A program made the position numbers and the translations under genes. The notes beneath the pieces were generated by a model. That model saw only the letters and a program-made list of their open reading frames with translations, was not told the DNA's origin and did no database searches. Positions 1 to 42,535 of a DNA stretch of 64,000 bases are shown piece by piece (the stretch's first letter is position 1; each line of letters starts with the position of its first letter). Source of the stretch: Amoebidium appalachense (Eukaryota; Protista; Ichthyosporea); NCBI GenBank assembly GCA_963693365.1, contig CAVNZM010000001.1, positions 2,930,907 to 2,994,906 of the forward strand, read 5' to 3'.

Positions 1-7800
<7,800 letters not shown>

Positions 7801-8099
7801 ACGTTGTTTATGTAGTTAAGAAACCCACTGCATGTCCACACACTAACGAGTTGTTTGATATAAGCAGCGATACTTTGGTGCCCGATTTTGGATTGTGGAG
7901 AGTATATCATTAACGAAGAGAAATTATCGTTAACACTCGGTGTGTGGACGTCGACGGACGAGCAACCTGTTGCACAAGTTGGCACATGAACACTTCGGCC
8001 AAAGGCTTGAAGCCCAGCAACATCGCCTAAAAAGTGTAGATGACCTGCATTTAAAAGAACAATATTGATGAGTCAATCTTAATCTGTTTTAAAAATTGT

Positions 8100-8500
8100 T
8101 TCAGGGTATGATTGGTGAACAGTTGGAACTTATAAAAGTCGTTATTGCCGATCCACAGCAGCCTGAATTTCGAAGGATGGTTGCTTCAGGTTCTTATTGG
8201 TGCTTTGTTGTTACCCAGGCAGGAGCTCTCGTGATTGGTTGATCCCCATTCAGAGTAGACTCTGATAACGCTAGGAAACCCCTAGCGCTCAAAGCAAGCA
8301 GGCGAGTCTTTTGAACTCGATCTTTTGACAATAACTGCATATAAAATCACTTCCCGTTTCTTTTTCATGGGATGGCACATATCTATGATTTCATCTGGTA
8401 GTTAAAGCAACTTACGGCAAAAGCTAGCATGCCAATCGTTTGCTCCCTGTGGTGCATTATTAGCCAATCTCCGATGTCGATTTTAGGTAGTCCAATCAGA
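8100..8500. promoter_or_regulatory. CCAAT-box cluster in the divergent CDC14 / LtaS-like intergenic region
   Basis: ATTGG at 8111, 8196 and 8234; CCAAT at 8432, 8464 and 8492; TTTGAA at about 8310. The region is free of microsatellites. Confidence 0.45.
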
Positions 8501-9459
8501 GCATGTCAGCTCAGATTCAGCTGTGCACTTCAGGAAATTTGACAGCAAAGGCACGTGAGGTTGGCTCAGGTTACGTAAAAACGGTATTCAATTTCCAATG
8601 CTTATTAATAAATAGAGCCCTAAAAAATACAGCATACTCGCTTATGTGCACGCATTCTAATTTAGTGCATAAATCAACTGTGCCTACCAGTCTTACTAAT
8701 TATCAGAGTATATTTCTTCGACCGAGTCAACTGCCGCGCCAGCAAGCATGCATTGTACACAGTTATGATATCTGACCAATTGCGATTCGATTTGCGAATA
8801 AGTATCGCCATCTTTTTTATTGTCCTCGCCGTGGTGGCCTGCTCCATTTCGCGTCATGGTGCTCTAAACATTGTCGTTGTAAATAAGAGAAGTATTGTAA
8901 TATATATTTGCATACATAAAAAAAATACATTTACGTACTTCAGAGTAATAATTATTTACCATAGCACAGCCAAATTCATTATGCCATTTGTCACATGCTA
9001 CAGATCTATCCAATCGGAACAAAGAAATTTGAGTTCAGCAACACGATTGGCTCCCTGAACCTGCATGTCTAGTATATAAAATCTGGCACCTTTGATTTCA
9101 GATGTGCGTCGTATGCAGGAACGCACATTTGTCACAGAATTGCTACCGTTGGGCAGAAGACGCATTCTCGTTTTATTTAGGCACCGCAGAATTTACAGGC
9201 TCAGGGGTTAGAGGAACACTGTTTTAAGTACTAACGCTAGAAGAGCACCACGCCAAATGCAATGCTATCAAGTTTTGGGCGCTACCTGGTTGCTGGGTGA
9301 CAGGCGATGGATGCAGCACTACTTAGTACAATCTATTCTTAGTTCAATCTACGTCTTTTTATTCATGATCACTGCATAGAACGGCGGGCATATATGTGCA
9401 CAGACCACTAATACACCTATATAGTGTACGAATTTCTACTCACAGTGACATGTGCATGT

Positions 9460-11940
9460 ATGGGGCATAAGCTCTTGACTTACGTCATAACGATGATTGG
9501 GTTGGAGCAACCTTCCTTTGTGTGGCACGGCCAAGCCAATTCCAGCTGTAGTGACCGATTCTGTGCTCAGTACTCTCTAATTACAGACATGCATATGGTG
9601 GAATCAGGGGAGTCCAAGGTACCTCTGGGCCAAACCGCGGACGATGCTCTCTTTGACGACACACCCGTGGGCGAATTTATCGATTTACTGCCCTTGGTAT
9701 CCTCCACGCAAAACAATCCCGGTGAGAAACGACCATCTTTAGTGACTCTAAAAAATGGCAGGGATTTTAATCGCAAAACACCATCAAATTTAGCACAATG
9801 GACCGTGCTTGTGGTGTTGGTTGGCTTTATGCCGCTGGTATCTCGCATCTACATGTTGGTGGTGAACGCTGAAATCGATGCCTTCACTGCGCGGGAGATT
9901 ACTATGGGGTGGCTGTGTGGATTGACACAGGATGCCTGTGTGCTAGCTCAGAGCATGACTCTGTTTTTTATCCTCGACGCTGCCTTTGCCACAGTGGTGG
10001 ATATGTTTTCATCACGACACACTTCTTGCAGATGCGGAGTAATTGCCTTCCGCCTTTTTCGAGCAATCATTCTTGGTGCAGCATACTTTGTCAGCACCAT
10101 TTGGGCATGGTCGGACTTTATTCTTTTCGTGAATGTTCAAGAGCAGCGCATCAACAAGGCATACTGCCGTTTGGTTAAGGACCTAGTCGCTTCGGGCTGG
10201 GACTCTGTTGTTGCTGAAAGTGTAAAGATACCCCTCAGCATCACCCACCCCTATGTTCTAGATGCTATCTACACAGTCTTTCTGATATGCTTTGATGTTG
10301 CTGCCTATTACTGGCTAAGGCTGGCGCAGCATCTAACTCCACGACAGAGGTTACGACGGTTAGCAGTGATGAGTCTAGGTACTGTGTGCATTCTGCTTGC
10401 CGCCATGGGGGCAACGTATCTGGCCGGCAGCAAGCAGCTGCACTACCGCATCGACAATGCCACCTACCGCCTCGAGGCCAACGTGCTGGGCTTCTACCGC
10501 GTCGAGATGGCCCCCCCAGCCAGCCTCCGCCCCAGCGACCTCACCGACCACACCATGTTTGGGCCCACAGAGCAGTTTGTGCGGCCACCACACATCGACC
10601 CTGCACAGTACCCGCTGTGGCGCAAAACCACCGCCTACACCGGCCCAAAGGCCTTCGATGTGAACATGGACGGTAGCAGCCAGGCTAAACCCAACGTGCT
10701 CATTCTGATGCTCGAATCCTTCAAAGCAAACGACATGGGCGCTCTGGACCCTCTAGGCCGCTTCACAAACACCACCAGCCCCACACCAAACATTGACAGA
10801 TTGACGCGTGAGGGTGTTCTCTTTACGAATTTTTATTCCAACGGTATCGCCACCAGCCGCAGTCTTCCTTCTGTTTTGTTCGGCTCGCTCCCCCAACTTA
10901 GCGAGGAACCGATATCCAGCCGCGGTAGTGATATTCGCATGACAGGGCTACCGAGTCTCATGAAGAAAAACGGTTACCACACCCGCTTCCAATCGAGCGT
11001 AGACATAAATTGGGACGGGTGGAATGTTTTTCTCCCATCGCACGGGTTTGATGCGGTGTTGGGGGTACCCTACTATGCGCAGAGGGCGGCAGAATTAGAT
11101 CTCCCTACACCCAGTTTTTCATGGGGTTACCACGACCAGTTAGGCCTAGCCGTCCTAGCCGATGATTTGGAAACATTACACAAAAACAACACACCGTTTT
11201 TCACGATGGCATACACCATTTCTGGTCACCACCCGTTCAAAATGCCACACAACTACACCGCGCCAGATTTCAGCCCCATTGCACGGGGACACAGCGACCA
11301 CGCCAAACTGCAAGCAGTGAACTATGTCGACCACCACGTGGGTCAATTAATAGACCGCCTCAACACCACGGGGGTGCTCGATAACACGGTGGTGCTGGTC
11401 TTGGGGGACCACGGGTTTCCGACGGGCGAACACAACAAGCTGATCGACGACAACGAAAACGACCCCCTGCACCAGGAGATGGTGCACGTGCCCCTGCTCG
11501 TGCTGGCCCCAGCACTCAGCAAAAACAACCGCGGGCTGCGGGTCGACCGACCGGCCAGCCACGTTGACGTTATGGCCACCGTGGCCGACATGCTGCGATT
11601 GGCCGAAATTACCCCCGGGGGGTTTTGGCAGCACGGGATTGGGCGATCTCTCATGCGGCACGATGACACGGCACGGGCACTGATCAGCTCGCCCTACACC
11701 ATGCAGTTTGTGGCCGTGGTCGAGGGGTGGCACAAGTTTGCCTTTTATGGGGACGGCCAGCAGTTCTACACCGATCTGAGATCCGATCCCGGTGAGATGG
11801 AGATGGAAAATTCGACCAGTCGGGTGGATAGCGGCCGTCTACAGCGAATGAAGGAACTGGCTTGGGGATGGCCTTACCGCTTTTTGGAATTGTACGAAGG
11901 AAATCGGTTAATGCCTCCAAACCACAATTTGGAGAGCTAG
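9460..11940 (+). CDS. LTA synthase / phosphoglycerol transferase (LtaS/MdoB)-like membrane protein of the alkaline phosphatase (sulfatase) superfamily, intronless
   Basis: Single uninterrupted ORF 9424-11940 (first ATG 9460, alternatives 9493/9589/9595). It has five N-terminal hydrophobic segments, then PNVLILMLESF, TPNIDRL..EGVLFTNFYSNGIATSRS (Thr nucleophile), TISGHHPF, NYVDHHVGQLIDRL, LDNTVVLVLGDHG and HVPLLV. This matches the E/T/H/D/H active-site pattern of LtaS. Confidence 0.85.
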   Translation: MGHKLLTYVITMIGLEQPSFVWHGQANSSCSDRFCAQYSLITDMHMVESGESKVPLGQTADDALFDDTPVGEFIDLLPLVSSTQNNPGEKRPSLVTLKNGRDFNRKTPSNLAQWTVLVVLVGFMPLVSRIYMLVVNAEIDAFTAREITMGWLCGLTQDACVLAQSMTLFFILDAAFATVVDMFSSRHTSCRCGVIAFRLFRAIILGAAYFVSTIWAWSDFILFVNVQEQRINKAYCRLVKDLVASGWDSVVAESVKIPLSITHPYVLDAIYTVFLICFDVAAYYWLRLAQHLTPRQRLRRLAVMSLGTVCILLAAMGATYLAGSKQLHYRIDNATYRLEANVLGFYRVEMAPPASLRPSDLTDHTMFGPTEQFVRPPHIDPAQYPLWRKTTAYTGPKAFDVNMDGSSQAKPNVLILMLESFKANDMGALDPLGRFTNTTSPTPNIDRLTREGVLFTNFYSNGIATSRSLPSVLFGSLPQLSEEPISSRGSDIRMTGLPSLMKKNGYHTRFQSSVDINWDGWNVFLPSHGFDAVLGVPYYAQRAAELDLPTPSFSWGYHDQLGLAVLADDLETLHKNNTPFFTMAYTISGHHPFKMPHNYTAPDFSPIARGHSDHAKLQAVNYVDHHVGQLIDRLNTTGVLDNTVVLVLGDHGFPTGEHNKLIDDNENDPLHQEMVHVPLLVLAPALSKNNRGLRVDRPASHVDVMATVADMLRLAEITPGGFWQHGIGRSLMRHDDTARALISSPYTMQFVAVVEGWHKFAFYGDGQQFYTDLRSDPGEMEMENSTSRVDSGRLQRMKELAWGWPYRFLELYEGNRLMPPNHNLES

Positions 11941-12359
11941 GGTTGATGCACATTGGCTACCTTTAAGTGAAGTTAGACGGTGCGGCAAAATAATTAGTGT
12001 AAGAATAATCGTTTTAGTTTGGTTTTTATACAGCACTGTGTCTATAACTGAGTTGAGCTTTTATTTGTTGTATAATAGATAAGTCAGTAAAACTCTATAC
12101 AGGGGCGCTCGGGCATTACGAGAACGAATACCTGTGCCTAGCACTGACTTTCGATCACCTAGAATCTTTTCCATAAATGGCAAAATCGCGCGACCACCCA
12201 GCTGGCCTGGTTATAGTCGCACGTGGGGTTGCTAGCAGCTTCGATTGCTAATGATAAAAGTTGTTAAGTCTGTGCTCGGACCTGCTTTTTGCAGTACCTA
12301 CAAGGTTATTAGTACCCAATATTTGAGCATGCATCCAGTTTACCCTCCCCCCCCCCCCC

Positions 12360-12398
<39 letters not shown>

Positions 12399-12442
12399 AC
12401 AAACACACACATACACACGCACACATACACACAAACACCAGC

Positions 12443-12495
<53 letters not shown>

Positions 12496-12524
12496 AAAAA
12501 AAAAAAAAAAAAACCCACATACAC

Positions 12525-13821
12525 ATACACAAACAATTGCCACACAAAAAAGAAACCCAAACTTCCAACCCCGAAAGCTGCACATAACTGAATCCATAAA
12601 CATGTCGTTTCCCTGCTGTCTGCTCCCCCCCCCCCCCCCGGCCCACTCCCACCCCACACCCCCTCCCTCCCTCACACTCCCCTCCCCTTTCTAGGCACCC
12701 TAGGCCTTCAAAACCTTCTTCACCTGCCTCCACCACCTCCTTATTCCCCCTCTCATCCCCCCACCCCTCTCACCTCCCCCCCCCCTTCCCCTCCTTAAAC
12801 CCCCCCCCCTCCCCCGCCGCCCCCACCCCAACCTCCCCCCCCCCCCCCCCCCCCGTTTTCTCCTTCATCCTCCTCTTTTCACAGAACTGTTTTTGCACTA
12901 GGCGAATTTGCACTTGACTACTCCCCGTGTGTTTGGTGATTATGTGCATCGAGGGTTCTCTTGATTTTCGTGCTAGCCCAAGATGTGGGTTTCACTGCAT
13001 AGGCTAGGGAAACGTCTATTCAATTTCAAATATTAGTTATAATGTCTAGGTGTTTAATAGCATGCTTGACCCAACCAATAAAAGCCGGCTTTTAGTCCCC
13101 TCAAACCCTCCATTCCTGTGAAATGCGCCGGGGGGAGGGGGGGGGGGGGGGGAGGGGGGGGGGGAGGGGAGGGAGAGGGGCAGGGTAGAATTTGTGCCAT
13201 ATTTATACACCCAAGCATAAACAAGAGAAGAAGGGGGGTCGGGTACCGTGAAACACACACAAATACCTGCGTACTTGGGACCACCAAACAAGCATACACA
13301 TGTGCACTCACTATGAAGCACCCGAGCACACGTCCGCATACTCAACACTCGATTTCTCTCCTTCGCCCTCACTATATACGGAAAAATATTTCTCCCTCTG
13401 GCACAAAACACGAAAAGCAACCCCCCCCCCCCCCCCCTCCCCGATGCACAGGGCTGCACACACGTACAACATATACACACACCGACCGTGCACACACACG
13501 GCAAGCATGGCCACACCTTGGCACACCCTTAAAGGGTGTTTGCCTCCTCACTTAAACACCGAATCGGCACACACATACACCCTGCAGGCAAGGACACACA
13601 CGCCCGCACGCCGTAAAGTAGAAGAAGCACAGGCCCAACGGCCAGGCCTACCGATCCGCACACGCCCCATTCATACTCCAATGCACGCACACCCAAGATT
13701 TTCATACACACACACACACGTGCGAGCGCATGCACACACACATGCAAGAACACAAATACACACACACACACACAAAAACACCGTACACACACACACACAC
13801 ACACACACAAACGTTTACACA

Positions 13822-13854
<33 letters not shown>

Positions 13855-14757
13855 GCGTTCTCTGTGTCTTCCTACACCACCCACACACCCTCACACCCCA
13901 TGCACCCGCACAACCTGTTTGAGTGCACAGAACATGTCAGCTAGCTCTTACGAGACAGGACCATCCCTGCAATTGCCTTTTCTTTTGGGGGGGGGGGGGG
14001 GGGGGAGGGGGGGGCGGAGGGGGGGGAGGGGGGGAGTGTCCTCTCTTAAGTCTTGTACGAGCATAAAAGAGTGCTTTGTTCTTTCTTTCTTTCTTCCTCT
14101 TTCAAAGACTTCCCTTTGCAAATCAAACAAATATAAATTCCATGTCCCCTTTTTCTTCACCGCCATACACGAGAAGCTTTACTACCAATCTACGGCCTGT
14201 GCCTTTTGTACAAACATTCTCTATGCATGTGGGCCGATGAGGTTGTGGTGGCGACGTGTGCGTGACGTGTGTGTAGGTGTTGTGCATCAGTGAGTGGGTG
14301 TGTACTCGTGTGTGCGCGCACGTGTGTGTGTGCGTGTGTGTGTGTGGTTGTGGGTGTGGGTGGGTGTGTATGTTCTATTTGTTTTACGATTCCCGGATGC
14401 CCCATTTTTCTTGTTTTTGCAAGGCTGTAATCACGCAAAATCCCCCCCCCCCCCTCCCCCCCGCGGCGTTCCACAGGAACAGAGGGTTTAGGGGGACAAG
14501 CCAGCTTTTGTTGGCTGGGCTAAACACGCTAAACACTGGACCCCAAAACCTCGAAATTGAATCAAATGTTTCCCCTAGGCTAATCACTAACATCCGCATG
14601 TTAGGCTAGCACTGAAACCAAGAGAATATAGATGCGCATAACTATGGGAGCAGTGCAAAATTGCCCGGTGCAAAAATGAAAAGGTGGGGGGGGGGGGGGG
14701 GGGTAGGTGTGGGGAGGGGAGGGGGGAGGGAATGAGATGGGCCGGGGGGGTGGGCGG

Positions 14758-14805
<48 letters not shown>

Positions 14806-15240
14806 AGATAAGGAGGTGGCGGAGTGTGGGTGAAAAAGGTTTGAGAGGGCATCGGGTGGGAAGAGTAATGGAGGTTTGGGGGTGGGGGGGAAAGGGGGGG
14901 GGGGGGGGGTATGATGGCGGAGGGGGTCCCCGGGGGGAAGGGAGGAGGGGGGGGAGGGGAGGGGGAAGGGGGGAGGTAAGTGGAAGCAGGCCGGGGAGGG
15001 GGAGAGAGGGGGAGGGGGGGGAGTGGGGAGTGGGGGAGCAGGGGGGAGGGAGGAGGTAAGTGGAAGCAGGGCGGGGGAGGGGGAGATAAGGGGTGGGGGG
15101 GGGGGGGGGGGGGGGGGGGGGGGAGGGGAGGGGGGAGGGCGGAGGGGGCGATGGGCAGGGAAACCACAAGTCCATGAGGTAGAGTATGAACAGCTTTCGA
15201 AGTTGGAAGGTTGGGTTTCCTTTTTGTGATCTTCTTTGCT
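12525..15240. repeat. Degenerate long inverted repeat (foldback-like element or inverted duplication); arms about 12525-13257 and 14380-15240
   Basis: 12540 cacacaaaaaagaaacccaaacttccaaccccgaaagctg matches the reverse complement of 15192-15230. 12890-13130 (tttttgcactaggcgaatttgcact...aaaccctccattcctgtg) matches the reverse complement of 14460-14677. 13222-13255 weakly matches the reverse complement of 14380-14422. No ORF or TSD seen. Confidence 0.8.
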
Positions 15241-15247
15241 TTTTTTT

Positions 15248-15330
<83 letters not shown>

Positions 15331-15520
15331 ATGTTTCTCTTTCTTTTTTCTTTTTTCTTTTTTTGGTGCTAAATGTTAATGACTTCAAACTGGGAGGGGG
15401 GTTGGGTTACGAAAGTTCCCCTGTCGGGTGAGGGGGGTCAAAATTAATGTGGTTGTACCGGTGCCGTGGGGTTTGGAGTGGTGGGAATGCACCGGTACCT
15501 CGAGCTCCCTAGTTATATGA

Positions 15521-15826
15521 AATATTTGCCGTATGGCATGCATGCAGTATGCTGCAACTGCAACTGCACGTAATATTTGCCGTATGGCATGCATGCAGTA
15601 TGCTGCAACTGCAACTGCACGTAATATTTGCCGTATGGCATGCATGCAGTATGCTGCAACTGCAACTGCACGTAATATTTGCCGTATGGCATGCATGCAG
15701 TATGCTGCAACTGCAACTGCACGTAATATTTGCCGTATGGCATGCATGCAGTATGCTGCAACTGCAACTGCACGTAATAGTTGCCGTATGGCATGCATGC
15801 AGTATGCTGCAACTGCAACTGCACGT
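15521..15826. repeat. 51-bp minisatellite, 6 near-perfect copies
   Basis: Unit aatatttgccgtatggcatgcatgcagtatgctgcaactgcaactgcacgt starts at 15521, 15572, 15623, 15674, 15725 and 15776, with one substitution in the last copy. Confidence 0.97.
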
Positions 15827-16104
15827 TTTTGCCGGAAATCCCAAATCATTATTTGAACGTGATGGGTGCATGGTCACACACATGCGGCAATATGCATGCA
15901 ATTGTCAGCTGCCGACACGCCCCAATAGATATCGATAACTGGCCAGGAAGGCAAACACCCGAACATGTGCATCCTGGACACACGAAAGCAAGTTCGATTC
16001 TGTGACCCACAAGGCAGCTTGAACATCAAATTTCAATGCCATATACACATACATATGAGGGACTCGCAAGCATACATCCCCCCTCCCCCCCCCCCCCCAA
16101 ACTG

Positions 16105-16168
<64 letters not shown>

Positions 16169-16269
16169 ACACAACCCCTCCCAGACCTCCATGCTACGTG
16201 CGCCTCCCCCCGCCTCTCCGGGGAACCCAAATCCCCCTCCCATACGACAAGCTTACAGGTGGCACGCAA

Positions 16270-16311
<42 letters not shown>

Positions 16312-16842
16312 AAAAAAAAAAAAAAAAAGACTGAATGCATCACCATGCGACGTGTTCACTTTTCGAAGGAGATTTTTAATGATGTCCGGTGTGCATACAA
16401 GCCTGTATTCAACACACCAGCAGCTACAAGCATATACATGTGTGCTGTCAACCAATTGTTCACATATATCCACGCGTTTTTGTTTCAGCCGTCAATTCAC
16501 GTTTCTTGCCTTTCAACCTCATCCATACTTAGGGAATATTTTTTCTGGGACATGTCCGTTTGGCACACTCACGGACAGCTCCTCACGACTACTTCCAGAA
16601 TTTCATATGGAAAAAACTGAAGTTTGGTAGCTTTGTCAGCGGCTTTCAAGCATCTACACCATAGCACATAGAAACTACAGGCATCCATAGATAGCCATGC
16701 AGCGGCAAACCTTCAAAGTACACTCAGTGTGACCTGGACCACAAGCAACACAACTAACTCACACATTCTTCGCAATTTACGAATTATTTTCGATATGTTC
16801 TCCTTTATTCGTAATCCCCCCCCCCCCCCCCCCCCCCTTATT

Positions 16843-16917
<75 letters not shown>

Positions 16918-17183
16918 ATAAAAAATAAAAAAGGCATGGATCGGATTGGCCCATACACATACAGCAACTGCTACAAAATACAAATAAAGAAGGCTTTCAC
17001 GTCGAGATAACAGGGGAAGAAGGGGAGGGGACGAGGAAGAGGGGGAGGGAGGAGGAGAGGGAAATTCAACCCCCCCCCCCCCCCCCCCCCCCCCCCTCTC
17101 CCCTCCCCTTCTCCCCAAGCACAAAAAAACACACACACACACACACCACAAAGGCTTCATCAAAGACACCAGTCCCTCTGGGG

Positions 17184-41067
<23,884 letters not shown>

Positions 41068-41332
41068 GGCGAACGGAGCCTGGCCCTTTTTGCCCAGGGT
41101 TGTCAATTGAGTCAGTGTGTTCCTGTGTGAAAATGGGCCTGGATAAACTCAGAGCAAGGAGTCTCTTTTCTGATCAGAGAGGGCGTAAATGTGATATAGG
41201 CCTACGCAACCAAACCATGGCAATTAACTACAATAACTCAGCCTGAGAACGATGGCTTCGACTTGAAGGAAAACTTTGCACAGTTAGGTTGTCTTCTTCT
41301 TGTGTACACCGAGTCAACAGTAGTCTACTTTA

Positions 41333-41409
41333 GAAGACTCTAAATCGCATAGTTGTTCACAAACTTGGGCTGAAGACTCTAAATCGCATAGTTGTTCACA
41401 AACTTGGGC
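41333..41409. repeat. Perfect 38-bp direct repeat (period 39) upstream of VIP1, followed by a TGACGTCA (CRE-like) site at 41416-41423
   Basis: gaagactctaaatcgcatagttgttcacaaacttgggc occurs twice. Confidence 0.9.
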
Positions 41410-42141
41410 ACAAAATGACGTCATGTGCTTGGCTATGAACACGGCTTCAGAGGGCCGTGCTATGAATCACAAGTGGCGCCGGCGGCTAGTGCGGGTGCGA
41501 TGACATCCAGTCAGCTGCGTTTATCCCACAGGCCCCATGTTTGAGGTTGTTTGATTGGCGAACGCGTATTCCATAAGCCATATAAGGTTATTTGGAGTCT
41601 ACGAGGACCAGTCTCCCAAAACTAATAAACACACGTCAGTCTTATACAGACATCGTATATAAAAAAACAAAAGTTTGTTGTGCACGTTTCGACTCGTGGC
41701 TAAAAGCCGGGTTGCTCCGACAGTGTTTATACAAGCCAAGGATGTTTCTGGGTGGTTCCCTGGTAGTTAGTTTTTTTTTTTTAAGCAGGGCAACTGTGGG
41801 CTGCATGAGAAGCAGGCAGCAACAAACAGGATGTTATATCGCCTTCGCCTAACGCTACTTGCTAATTAATAATTAGCTCATGCCTGTCACAGTGTTATGC
41901 AGCCTGGCACTGCCCGGCCGCCGTGTCTGTGAGCAGGCACCTAATAGTAAACATGTACTTGTTGGACCATGCCTCGTTCCAGGGATAGCAATGTGTGCAT
42001 GCACTCCCCCATGAAGTCGGACCAGTAGTGTAAATAGTAAATAAAGTGCAACTGACCCTGCCGACGAGGCTTCATACACAAGTCACACACAGTGAATTTT
42101 TTGATTCATTTGTTTACCACAAAATATGTTGTGTACCATAG

Positions 42142-42535
42142 GCTCAGCCAGCTGCATCTGTGCTTTATGGAGAATCATTGAAAGGGGTACAAGCGCCCAA
42201 GTCTGCGTACGTATTTCACCTCCTCCTAAGGTGCCCCTGTAACCACATGTGTACATCTTGTGACACCAGCCACTGTCTAAATATGTAAGCTATTTCGAAA
42301 CATCGGACAAGCACGTTAGCTGTGAGGCGGGTATTGATAATTTCTAAGTCTAACATTCTGTGCAGAATGATGGAAATTCAATCTGCCCAACCGAGGCCCA
42401 TCCATTACCTGGGGATGTGGTTGTTTGGAACATCGAGGGTGCAAGAATTGCCTTTTGGTTGCGTGCACCTTATGGTACATGGAAGAGCACCGAGGCCCAA
42501 GCACGGCTCATTGCTAACGAAAACAACCACTCGGT
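42142..42535 (+). other. Possible exons of a small unannotated gene or pseudogene
   Basis: Splice-like boundaries ccatag|...|gtacgt (about 42142-42206) and ctaac..tgcag|...|gtagtg (about 42367-42534) give SASCICALWRIIERGTSAQVC-NDGNSICPTEAHPLPGDVVVWNIEGARIAFWLRAPYG. No start, stop or family could be established. Confidence 0.2.

Noticed and set aside
15521-15826. CRISPR array, or coding repeat (MHAIRQILRAVAVAAYC)n
   Set aside because: Units are contiguous with no unique spacers, the context is eukaryotic with no cas genes, and the open frames follow trivially from a 51-bp unit.
15940-16005. tRNA or tRNA-derived SINE (A-box-like TGGCCAGGAAGG, B-box-like GTTCGATTC)
   Set aside because: No convincing cloverleaf or T-stem, and no second copy in the window.
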